Origin: Acidobacteriota bacterium | GTDB lineage: Bacteria; Acidobacteriota; Thermoanaerobaculia; Gp7-AA8 | Length of the DNA stretch: 64,000 nt | Reading direction: 5' to 3' | Assembly: GCA_019244185.1 (NCBI GenBank) | Contig: JAFATB010000014.1 | Span: 544,001 to 608,000 of the forward strand | Translations under genes and position numbers: made by a program | Shown: in pieces, positions 24,870-34,575 of the stretch | How the letters are laid out: every line of letters starts with the position of its first letter | Numbering within the stretch: the stretch's first letter is position 1 | The notes under the pieces: generated by a model | What the model saw: the letters and a program-made list of their open reading frames with translations, nothing else | What the model was told of the DNA's origin: nothing | Databases searched by the model: none

Positions 24870-27269
24870 TCAGCGCACCGCGCGGCGCCGCGTCGGCAGC
24901 ACGATCGCGGGCGTCGACGCGGGACCCACGCCGGCGTCGTTGAACGCGCGGACGCGCAGGCCGACGACGACGCCGGTGAATCCGAAGCGGATCGTGGCGG
25001 CGTGCGTGTTCGCGTCGTACCACCCTTCGACTTCGTTCCAGGTGCCGTCGTTGATGCGGTACTCGATGCGATAGCCGTTCACGGGCTGCGACGGTGCGGT
25101 CCAGTCGACGGTGATCAGGCCGTCGTGCGGCGTCGCCGAAACGCGCGGCACGACGGGCAGCTCGGGCAGCGGAATCGAGTCGGCGATCTGCATCACGATG
25201 CGCCGCGAGCCGTGATGCGGCGCATCGGGCCGCGGTGCGATCGTGATGAGCGCAGCGTTGCCGTCCGGCAGCGCGGTCCATTGCGCGGGAGTATCGGCCG
25301 CGTACGTCGTGCGCAGGGTGACGGTGCCGTCGTGCGCGAGCAGCACGGCCTTTCCGTGATGCGTGATCCCGACGCCGCCGCTCACGGCCCGCACGATCGC
25401 CGCGTTCGTGTAGCGCGGTTGGTCCTGAAGAACAGAGACGGGAGCCCCGACCTTTGTCCCGTCGGCTCCGATGCGTTGCATCAGCTCCTCGGTACCCCTC
25501 TGCCAAACGGCGACGAAGGACTCTCCGTCCCACGCCACGCCGCCCGCCAAATCGATCTCGTCATCGAGAAGGATGGCCGTTCCATCGATGGGCTGGAGAG
25601 CTGGCGTGAGGCGGACCGCCTCGAGGCGAGAAGTTCCCACGTTACAAATCAGGCCGCAGTGCTCGTACGTTTTGCTCCAGACCGCGAGCAGCTCTGTGCC
25701 GTTGAAGGCAATCGTCGCGTCAAAGGGAACGATGTCGTCGACGGTATGCTGGAGAAGGACCGGCGGGAGAAGCGTACCGGAGGGTGTGATCTCGGCGCCG
25801 AGGAGATTGAGCGTGAGGTCGAACCCGACACCATCGGGCGCATCGTCATCCGCCCATCCGACCACGACGTAGCCGCGGCCGTTGGCGGCGAGATCCATCG
25901 GCTCAAATGGCAAGGGACCGGTGGTCCCGGTGAGACGTCCCCGCGAGTCGAAGACGCGGACGACATATTCAAATGACGCATTGCGTACCACGAGCGCGAA
26001 GCCGCTAACGTCGCTCGCAGCGATGAGCGGCGTCTCTCCGTTAGCGACGACGCCCTCAGTCCAGCTTCCGTCACGCTGCCGCAGGCCGATATGCAGTTTG
26101 TTCTCGTCATCCGGCGACTCGTTCCATGCGACGAACGTCGTGTCCGCCGAGGACGCCGCGACGCTGTTCTGTTGATCGGTCGCCGCGATCGCCGCCGGCG
26201 TGCCGTTGCCGGCAGCGGACGCATTGCGCACGACGATGGGGTTGACCGACTCGTACGTTCTCCAGGCGATCGTGACCGCGCCGTTCACCGCGGCGAGACT
26301 GGTCATGGTGTCGAAGTTCACTGCCGCGGTGGGCTCGTTCGCGACGACACGGCCGGCCGTTGCATCGACGCGAACGATCCGCACCTCGTATGATTCCGCG
26401 CCCACGGCGACATACGCCACCGTGTACGACGAGCCGTTCCACACGACGGATGGACTATTGAACGGCACGGTATAAGCCGTCGTGGGCTCCGCGAGCGAGA
26501 ATCTCGGCTCGACCACACCGTCCCGGCGCACGCGCGCCGCGCTCACCTCGCCCAGCTTGTTCGTCCAGACGGCGAGCGCGTCGGATGGGCCGCTCGCGAT
26601 GGCGACACCCGTCGGCTCGAACCCGGACAAGACGCCAGTCTGCGACTCCAGCAGTCCGTTCGCCGTGTACTGAAGCACGCGCACGACGCCGTCGTGGATG
26701 CCGACTCCGGCAAAGCGGCTGCCGTTGGCGGTGAGTTGCTGCGGCCCGTGCGTGGCGGTGCCGTACGGGTCGTTCGTCGCCTGGCCGCTCAGCGTCAGAA
26801 GTTGCGATCGCCATTCGAAGCCGTAGAGGTACGTGAGCAGGAGGTTCTGGCCATTGCTCGCCAGCGCCGGCGCGGAGCCCTGCGTCAGCACGAACGCGGG
26901 GCCGAGCGGCTCGCCGGTCGTGCCGTCGAGGAGGCGGCCATAGATCGTGTACGGATCATTGGTCGCGGTTGCCGCGAGCAGGAACTGCGTGCCGGTCCAC
27001 ACGATCGCCGCCTGATTCGTGGCCGGAAACACCAGCCGTCCGACGCGCTTCTCGCCGTGAGCCAGACGCGTGAAGCGCAATCCGTCCAGCGTGTTCCAGA
27101 GGAGGAAGACGTCGCGGCCGTTGGCGACGAGCTGCGGCCGCGCGTCGTACGCGCCGTAGCGTGTATTCGTGAGGGGAAAGGGGGCGCCGAGGTGCGTGGG
27201 TTGGGCCGTGAGCGTCGTTGCGAGAACGAGCGTGAAGAGCGCGGCGACAGCGGTACGCAGATGCGGCAT
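24870..27269 (-). CDS. Secreted beta-propeller-like repeat protein with C-terminal FN3, ending in RRRAVR
   Basis: Signal peptide; repeats of P.(V/I).W(N/D/T)G..(F/Y).V.W; FN3-like VDWTAP..GYRIEY...RVRAFNDAG.G. Confidence 0.8.
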   Translation of the reverse strand: MPHLRTAVAALFTLVLATTLTAQPTHLGAPFPLTNTRYGAYDARPQLVANGRDVFLLWNTLDGLRFTRLAHGEKRVGRLVFPATNQAAIVWTGTQFLLAATATNDPYTIYGRLLDGTTGEPLGPAFVLTQGSAPALASNGQNLLLTYLYGFEWRSQLLTLSGQATNDPYGTATHGPQQLTANGSRFAGVGIHDGVVRVLQYTANGLLESQTGVLSGFEPTGVAIASGPSDALAVWTNKLGEVSAARVRRDGVVEPRFSLAEPTTAYTVPFNSPSVVWNGSSYTVAYVAVGAESYEVRIVRVDATAGRVVANEPTAAVNFDTMTSLAAVNGAVTIAWRTYESVNPIVVRNASAAGNGTPAAIAATDQQNSVAASSADTTFVAWNESPDDENKLHIGLRQRDGSWTEGVVANGETPLIAASDVSGFALVVRNASFEYVVRVFDSRGRLTGTTGPLPFEPMDLAANGRGYVVVGWADDDAPDGVGFDLTLNLLGAEITPSGTLLPPVLLQHTVDDIVPFDATIAFNGTELLAVWSKTYEHCGLICNVGTSRLEAVRLTPALQPIDGTAILLDDEIDLAGGVAWDGESFVAVWQRGTEELMQRIGADGTKVGAPVSVLQDQPRYTNAAIVRAVSGGVGITHHGKAVLLAHDGTVTLRTTYAADTPAQWTALPDGNAALITIAPRPDAPHHGSRRIVMQIADSIPLPELPVVPRVSATPHDGLITVDWTAPSQPVNGYRIEYRINDGTWNEVEGWYDANTHAATIRFGFTGVVVGLRVRAFNDAGVGPASTPAIVLPTRRRAVR

Positions 27270-27328
27270 GACGAGCAATATATGTGGTTATGCCATAAAG
27301 CGCCAGCCCCACCTACAATACGCGCCGC

Positions 27329-28780
27329 ATGAGCGGCGGAATCTCATTCGGGACGGATGGCTGGCGCGCCGTCATTGCGGAAACGTTCACCTTCGACAAC
27401 GTGCGGCGCGTGGCCGACGCCATCGCCGTCGCGGCACGCGGCCTCAAGCCGCCCGACGACATCGATGCGAACGCGCTCCTCGTCGGCTTCGACCGCCGCT
27501 TTCTGTCGCGCGAGTTCGCCGGCGTCGTGGCGGAAGCGCTGCGCGCGGCCGGCTATCGCGTGCTGCTCTCCGATCGCCCGACGCCGTCGCAGACGATCTC
27601 CTTCACCGCGAAACACCGCAAGGTCCTCGGCGGCGTCGTCGTGACCGCGAGCCACAATCCCGCGACGTACAACGGCCTCAAATTCAAAGCGTGGTACGGC
27701 GGCTCCGCGCTGCCCGAGACGTACGCCGCGATCTCCGCGAGCGTCGGGCAACGCGACGCGCGCGACGGCGGCACGATCGAGGAGACGAACATCCTCGACG
27801 ACTACCTCGATGCGCTGCGCGCGCAGCTCGATCTCGCGCTGCTCAAGAACGCGCGCCTCGCGATCCTGCACGATCCCATTCACGGCGTCGCCGCGTCGCT
27901 GCCGTCGAAGATCCTCGGCCTCGACTACACCGGTGCGCATCGCATTCTCGAGCGCGACGCGCGTCCGATCGAGACCACGATCGTCGACGGCATCCGCGGC
28001 GAGGTGAATCCCGGCTTCGGCGGCGTCAATCCCGAGCCGATCCCGGAGAACGTCAACGCCGCGCGCAACGTGATGCTCGCCAACGACTACGACCTCGCCA
28101 TCTGCAACGACGGCGACGCCGACCGCCTCGGCATCCTCGACCAGCGCGGCAACTTCGTCTCGCCGCACAAAGTCATCTCGCTCCTCGCGCTCTATCTCGT
28201 GCGTGAGAAGAAGCGCGCGGGCGAGCTCGTGAAGACGTTCTCCACGACGCGCCTCATCGAGAAAGTCGCGCGCAGCCTCGGCGCGACGCTGCACGAGACG
28301 CCAATCGGGTTCAAGTACGTCGCCGATCTCATGCTGACGCGCGATGTCCTCATCGGCGGCGAAGAGAGCGGCGGCATCGGCATCGGCGCGTTTCTCCCCG
28401 AGCGCGACGGCGTGCTGTCGGGACTCCTCGTCGCGGAAGCCGTCGCGTACTACGGTCTGCCGCTCTCCGATCTCATCGAGCGGATGGAGAAGGAGTTCGG
28501 CGCGCTGCATTACGACCGCCGCGACGTGCATCGTCCGATGGAGCAGTGCGCGCGGCTCATCGAGCGCGTTCGCGCGGGCGCGCTCGACGGCGCGTTCGGC
28601 GTCGCGTTCGCGCGGCTCGAGGAGACCGACGGCGTCAAGATGAACTTCGCGGACGGCTCGTGGCTGCTCTTCCGCAAGTCGGGCACCGAGCCGATCATCC
28701 GCCTCTATTGCGAGAGTCCCGATCCGGAGCTCGTGCAGTCGATGCTGGCCACGGCGATGCGCGAACTGGATCGCGGCTGA
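27329..28780 (+). CDS. Phosphoglucomutase/phosphomannomutase
   Basis: FGTDGWR, TASHNP, DGDADR, GEESGG and SGTEP motifs. Confidence 0.95.
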   Translation: MSGGISFGTDGWRAVIAETFTFDNVRRVADAIAVAARGLKPPDDIDANALLVGFDRRFLSREFAGVVAEALRAAGYRVLLSDRPTPSQTISFTAKHRKVLGGVVVTASHNPATYNGLKFKAWYGGSALPETYAAISASVGQRDARDGGTIEETNILDDYLDALRAQLDLALLKNARLAILHDPIHGVAASLPSKILGLDYTGAHRILERDARPIETTIVDGIRGEVNPGFGGVNPEPIPENVNAARNVMLANDYDLAICNDGDADRLGILDQRGNFVSPHKVISLLALYLVREKKRAGELVKTFSTTRLIEKVARSLGATLHETPIGFKYVADLMLTRDVLIGGEESGGIGIGAFLPERDGVLSGLLVAEAVAYYGLPLSDLIERMEKEFGALHYDRRDVHRPMEQCARLIERVRAGALDGAFGVAFARLEETDGVKMNFADGSWLLFRKSGTEPIIRLYCESPDPELVQSMLATAMRELDRG

Positions 28781-28808
28781 AATGCTAGGATTTCGCGCGG
28801 AGAACCAC

Positions 28809-31172
28809 GTGTCGACACCTGAGACCCAGACCACGCGTACGCAGTTCACGCGCGAGAGCATCATCGAGGATTACCGGATCGCCGTCCGGAGCCGCCACGC
28901 GAGTCTCATCGGCCGGCGCGAAGTGCTGACCGGCAAGGCGAAGTTCGGCATCTTCGGCGACGGCAAGGAGATCGCGCAGCTGGCGTGGGCGCGCGCGTTC
29001 CGCCGCGGCGACTGGCGCTCCGGCTACTACCGCGATCAGACGTTCATGTTCGCCGTCGGCGCGGCCACGCTCGACGAGTTCTTCGCGCAGCTCTACGCCG
29101 ACGCCGACGTCACGCGCGATCCGTGGAGCGCGGGGCGTTCGATGGACGCGCACTTCGCGTCGCGCTTTCTCGACGACGACGGCAACTGGAAGTCGCAGCT
29201 CGACGCCTACAACGTCTCCGCCGACGTCTCGCCGACCGGCTCGCAGATGCCGCGCCTCGTCGGCCTCGGCTGGGCGTCGCGGCTCTACCGCGAGCTCGGC
29301 ATCGATGGCGGCCGCTTCTCGCGCAATGGCGACGAGATCGCGTGGGGCACGATCGGCAACGCGAGCTGCGCGGAAGGGATGTTCTGGGAGTCGCTCAACG
29401 CGGGCGGCGTGCTCGGCATCCCGATGATCGTCTCGATCTGGGACGACGGCTACGGCATCTCCGTGCCGAACGAGCACCAGATCACGAAGGGCGATCTCTC
29501 CGAACTGCTGAAGGGTTTTCAGCGCGAGCCGAAATCGAAACAAGGCTACGACATCTACACCGTCCGCGCGTGGGACTACGCCGCGCTGTGCGAGACGTAC
29601 ATCGCCGCGGCGACGATCGTGCGGCACGAGCACGTCCCCGCGATCATTCACGTCATCGAAGTCACGCAGCCGCAGGGACATTCGACCTCCGGCAGCCACG
29701 AGCGCTACAAGTCGAAAGAGCGGCTCGAGTTCGAGAACGAGTTCGACGGCATCAAGCGGATGCGCGACTGGATGATCGCGCAGGGCATCGCGACGGCCGA
29801 GGAGTTGGATGGATTCGAGAAGGACGACGTGAACCTCGTGCGCGAGGCGCAGCGCCGCGCGTGGGAGGCGTATCGCGCGCCGATCGACGCGGAAGTGCGC
29901 GACGCGATCGGCATTCTCGACCGGCTCGGCGCGCAGGAGCTGAAGAGCGAGCTGCAGCGCACGCAGGCGCCGTATCACCGCGACGCGGTGCGCGCGGTCG
30001 CCAGCGCGGTCATTCAGACGCGCGACGAAAGCGCCGCGGAGTGGCTGCGCGCGCGCATGGCGGAGGGCGACGAGCGCTACGACTCGCACCTCTACAGCGG
30101 CGGCGCGCAGTCCGCGCTGCGCATCGAAGAAGTGAAGGCCGAATACGCGGCCGACGCGCCGTCGCTCAACGGCTTCGAGATTCTTAATCAGTGCTTCGAA
30201 CAGGCGCTGCGCCGCGACGAGCGCGTGCTGATCTTCGGCGAAGACGTCGGCAAGCTCGGCGACGTCAACCAGGGCTGCCTCGGCTTGCAGGAAAAGTTCG
30301 GCGTCTGCCGCGTCGGCGACACCGGCATCCGCGAGACGACCATCGCCGGGCAGGCAATCGGCGCCGCGCTGCGCGGCTTCCGTCCCATCGCCGAGATTCA
30401 GTATCTCGATTACATCCTGTACGCGCTGCAGATCCTCTCGGACGATCTCGCGACGACGCGCTGGCGTTCGGCGGGCGGGCAGAAAGCGCCGGCGATCATC
30501 CGCACGCGCGGACATCGCCTCGAAGGCATCTGGCACTCCGGCTCGCCGATGGCCGGCATTCTCAACCTCGTGCGCGGCATCTACCTCTGCGTGCCGCGCA
30601 ACATGACGCAGGCCGCGGGCTTCTACAACACGCTGCTGCGCGCGGACGATCCGGCCATCGTCGTCGAAGTGCTGAACGGCTATCGCTCGAAGGAAAAGCT
30701 GCCGGCGAACGTCGGCGACTTCACGGTGCCGCTCGGCGTGCCCGAGGTGTTGCGCGAAGGGCGCGATGTCACGCTGGTGTCGTACGGCGCGACGCTGCGC
30801 ATCGTGCAGGAAACGGCGGATCTGCTCGCGACCGTCGGCATCGACGCGGAAGTCATCGACGTGCAGACGCTGCTGCCGTTCGATCTGCGCGGCATCATCG
30901 CGGAGTCGGTGAAGAAGACGAACCGCGTCGTGTTCATCGATGAAGACGTTCCCGGCGGCGCGTCGGCGTTCATGCTGCAGAACGTGCTCGAGCGCGATCG
31001 CGCCTACGAATGGCTCGACTCCGAGCCGCGCACGATCGCGGCGAAGGAACATCGTCCCGCGTATGGCTCCGACGGCGACTACTGGTCGAAGCCGAACCGC
31101 GAGACGATCTTCGCCGGCGTCTACGATCTGATGCGCGAGACGGACCCGCGCAAGTTCCCGCGCATTTTCTGA
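28809..31172 (+). CDS. Fused E1 alpha/beta 2-oxoacid (branched-chain-type) dehydrogenase
   Basis: GKAKFGIFGDGKE, a TPP-binding region, FGEDVG and DTGIRE...AEIQY..Y motifs. Confidence 0.92.
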   Translation: MSTPETQTTRTQFTRESIIEDYRIAVRSRHASLIGRREVLTGKAKFGIFGDGKEIAQLAWARAFRRGDWRSGYYRDQTFMFAVGAATLDEFFAQLYADADVTRDPWSAGRSMDAHFASRFLDDDGNWKSQLDAYNVSADVSPTGSQMPRLVGLGWASRLYRELGIDGGRFSRNGDEIAWGTIGNASCAEGMFWESLNAGGVLGIPMIVSIWDDGYGISVPNEHQITKGDLSELLKGFQREPKSKQGYDIYTVRAWDYAALCETYIAAATIVRHEHVPAIIHVIEVTQPQGHSTSGSHERYKSKERLEFENEFDGIKRMRDWMIAQGIATAEELDGFEKDDVNLVREAQRRAWEAYRAPIDAEVRDAIGILDRLGAQELKSELQRTQAPYHRDAVRAVASAVIQTRDESAAEWLRARMAEGDERYDSHLYSGGAQSALRIEEVKAEYAADAPSLNGFEILNQCFEQALRRDERVLIFGEDVGKLGDVNQGCLGLQEKFGVCRVGDTGIRETTIAGQAIGAALRGFRPIAEIQYLDYILYALQILSDDLATTRWRSAGGQKAPAIIRTRGHRLEGIWHSGSPMAGILNLVRGIYLCVPRNMTQAAGFYNTLLRADDPAIVVEVLNGYRSKEKLPANVGDFTVPLGVPEVLREGRDVTLVSYGATLRIVQETADLLATVGIDAEVIDVQTLLPFDLRGIIAESVKKTNRVVFIDEDVPGGASAFMLQNVLERDRAYEWLDSEPRTIAAKEHRPAYGSDGDYWSKPNRETIFAGVYDLMRETDPRKFPRIF

Positions 31173-31504
31173 TGACGACTCCCGCGCGCACGCCCGAGCC
31201 TCCGTACTACGCGGTCATCTTCACCTCGCGTCGCACGGAAGGTGACGACGGCTACGGCGACATGACCGCGAAGATGATGGAGCTCGCGCCGCAGCAGCCC
31301 GGCTTCCTCGGCGTCGAGTCCGCGCGCGGCGCCGACGGCCTCGGCATCACGGTCTCGTACTGGGAGAGCGAGGAAGCGATCGCGAACTGGCGCAGCCACG
31401 CGGAGCATCGCATCGCACAGGCGAACGGCCGCGGCCGCTGGTACGCGGAGTTCGTCACGCGCGTCGCGAAAGTCGAGCGCGCGCGGTCGTTCGCGCGGGA
31501 GTAG
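31172..31504 (+). CDS. Antibiotic biosynthesis monooxygenase (ABM) family protein
   Basis: PYYAVIFTS, QPGFLGVES and ITVSYW...W..HAEH..AQ..GR..WY motifs. Confidence 0.9.
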   Translation: MTTPARTPEPPYYAVIFTSRRTEGDDGYGDMTAKMMELAPQQPGFLGVESARGADGLGITVSYWESEEAIANWRSHAEHRIAQANGRGRWYAEFVTRVAKVERARSFARE

Positions 31505-31515
31505 ACTTCGGGGCG

Positions 31516-34500
31516 ATGCTCGCCGAGCTGCTTCTGAAGTGGCCGTTGCTCCGCCAGATGCGCGGCGGCGGCGACGGCACCGGTGCCGAGGCGCTGAGCG
31601 AGCGGACGCGAGGACTGCGCAAGAAGAATGAAGAGACGCAGGTCGCGCGGTCGATTTGTCCGTATTGCGCCGTCGGTTGCGGACAGCTCGTCTTCCACCG
31701 CGAGAACAAAGTCGTCAGCATCGAAGGCGATCCCGCGTCGCCGATCTCGCGCGGACATCTGTGTCCGAAAGGCGCGGCGAGCCACGAGCTCGTAACGCAC
31801 GCGGGACGCGCGACGAAGGTGAAGTACCGCGCGCCGTACGCGAGCACGTGGAGCGAGCTCGATCTCGAGACCGCGACGGCGATGGTCGCGGATCGCATCT
31901 GGGATTCGCGCAACCGCACCTTCGACGCGGATGCGAATCACACCACCGGCGTCGCGCACCTCGGCGGTGCGACGCTCGACATCGAAGAGAACTACCTCAT
32001 CAAGAAACTCTTCACCGCGGGACTGGGGATGGTCTGCCTGAGCAATCAGGCGCGGATATGACACAGCTCCACGGTGCCCGGTCTGGGCACCTCCTTCGGC
32101 CGCGGCGGCGCAACGACCGCGCAGCAGGACCTCGCCAACGCCGATGCGATTTTGATCATGGGCTCCTCGATGGCCGAGAACCATCCGGTCGGCTTCCAGT
32201 GGGTCATCGAGGCGCGCGAGAAAAACGGCGCGAAGATCATCCACGTCGATCCGCGCTTCACGCGCACGTCCGCGATGGCGGACTACTGGCTACCGCTGCG
32301 CGCCGGCAGCGATCTGGTCTTCCTCGGCGCGCTGATCAACTATGTAATTAGTAGCCAGCGCGAGTTCCGCGAGTACGTCGTGCACTACACGAACGCCGCG
32401 ACGATCCTGCGCGAGGACTTCCGCGACGCCGACGACCTCGGCGGCGTCTTCTCCGGCTGGGACCCGGAGACGAAGACCTACGATCCGACGACGTGGCTCT
32501 ACGAGGGTGCGAAGCCGGAGCCCGCGCCGGGGATGGATCCGAAGGCGGGAGGTCACGGAAAAGACCGCGGCGGCGAATCGCAGAACGACGAGAAGCCGCG
32601 ACGCGACGAAACGCTCGAGCATCCGCGCTGCGTCTTCCAGGTGCTCAAGCGCCACTTCGCGCGCTACACGCCGGAGCTCGTCGAGCAAGCGTGCGGCATT
32701 CCGCGCGACGCGTTCCTCGAGATCGCCGATGTCTACACGAGCGCGTCCGGTCCCGAGAAAACGGGCGCGATTTGCTACGCCGTCGGCTGGACGCAACACT
32801 CGACGGGCGTGCAGACGATTCGCGCCGCATCGATCCTGCAGTTGCTCCTCGGCAACATCGGACGTCCCGGCGGCGGCATCATGGCGCTGCGCGGACACGC
32901 GTCGATCCAGGGCTCGACCGACATCCCGACGCTGTACGACATCCTGCCCGGCTATCTGCCGATGCCGGTCGCGGAAGATGCAGACCTGCACGCGTACCTG
33001 AAACGCAACCAGTCGCCGAAAGGCTGGTGGTACAACATCGACAAGTACATGATCTCGCTGCTCAAGGCCTACTACGGTGAGGCCGCGACGCGCGAGAACG
33101 ATTTCGGCTTCGCGTGGTTGCCGCGCCTCACCGGCGATCATTCGTACTTTGCGTACTCGTTCGACATGGCGGACGGCGCGCTCGAAGGGCTGATCGTCAT
33201 GGGACAGAACCCGGCGGTCGGCTCGCCGAACGCGAAGCTGCACCGCGAAGGGTTCGGCAAGCTGCAGTGGCTCGTCGTGCGCGACATGGTCGAGATCGAG
33301 ACGGCGACGTTCTGGCAGGACTCGCCCGACACGATCGGCACGGAAGTCTTCTTCTTCCCCGCGGCGTCGCACGTCGAGAAGGAAGGGACGTTCACGAACA
33401 CGCAGCGCCTGTTGCAGTGGCGCGAGAAAGCGGTCGAGCCGCCCGGCGACGCGCGCAGCGAGCTGCACTTCGTCATCGATCTCGGCCGGCGTCTGAAAGC
33501 GCGCGCGACGAACGCGGCGCGCGACGCGGGACTGCGCGCGCTGACGTGGGACTACGCGGATGAAGACGCCGACGAAGTGCTGCGCGAGATCCACGGCAGT
33601 CCGCACATCAAGCACTTCGGCGAGTTGAAGAACGACGGCTCGACGTACTGCGGCTGCTGGATTTACTCCGGCGTGTACGACGGAAAGAACCGCGCGAACG
33701 GTCGCGAGCCTCGCGGACGCTACGGCCACGGCTGGGGCTACGCCTGGCCGCTCGACCGGCGGATTCTCTACAACCGCGCGTCCGCGCGTCCCGACGGCGC
33801 GCCGTGGAGCGAGCGCAAGGCGCTCGTGTGGTGGGACGAGGCGAAGGGCGACTGGACGGGACACGACGTCGCCGACATCACGCGCGGCAAGCGTCCCGAC
33901 TACGTGCCGAACGACGAGAAAGGCGGCGACGAGGCACTGCCCGGCATCGCGCCATTCATCATGCATCCCGACGGCATGGGCTGGCTGTGGGTGCCGTCGG
34001 GCTTGAAGGACGGTCCGCTGCCGGTGCACTACGAGCCGCTGGAGTCGAACGTGCGCAATCCGCTGTATCCGGAGCGGCAGACGAATCCCGCGGCGCAGGC
34101 GTTCGAGCGCGATGACAACGTCTACGCGAGCTCGCCCGATCCGCGGTTTCCGTACGTCCTCACGACCTACCGCCTGACGGAGCACCATACGGCAGGAGGG
34201 ATGTCGCGCACGCTCTCCCACCTGGCGGAACTGCAGCCGGAGCTCTTTGCGGAACTCTCTCCGGAATTGGCGCGGGAGATCGGCGTGGCGAACGGCGACG
34301 TCGTGATCGTCTCGACGGCGCGTGCATCGATCCGCGCGCGTGCGCTGGTGACGACGCGCATGCCGTCGCTCGACGTCGCCGGACAGCGCGTGCATCAGGT
34401 CGGCCTGCCGTATCACTGGGGACCGAGCGGCCTCGCAAAAGGGGACGTCGTCAACGACCTCCTCGCGATCTCCGAGGAGCCGAACGTGAGGATCTTCGAA

Positions 34501-34536
34501 TCGAAGGGACTCACGTGCAAGGTCGAGCGCGCCTGA
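31516..34536 (+). CDS. fdnG: Formate dehydrogenase alpha subunit, selenocysteine-containing (UGA at 32059-32061)
   Basis: CPYCAVGCG 4Fe-4S motif; NQARI-UGA-HSSTV stays in frame with the downstream ORF; ALRGHASIQG; SECIS follows. Confidence 0.93.
32062..32091 (+). promoter_or_regulatory. Bacterial SECIS element
   Basis: 11 nt after the UGA: stem GGTGCCC-GGTCT-GGGCACC, resembling the fdh SECIS apical loop. Confidence 0.88.
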
Positions 34537-34575
34537 CCCGACGTTCCGCGCGCGCGCCGCGTATTCGTCGTTGTC

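Noticed and set aside
28809-31172. Fused E1 alpha/beta with no adjacent E2/E3
   Set aside because: This is a known arrangement in several phyla; the partners are usually encoded elsewhere.
31516-34536. fdnG as two genes or a nonsense pseudogene
   Set aside because: The TGA is at the conserved Sec position, stays in frame and is followed by a SECIS hairpin.
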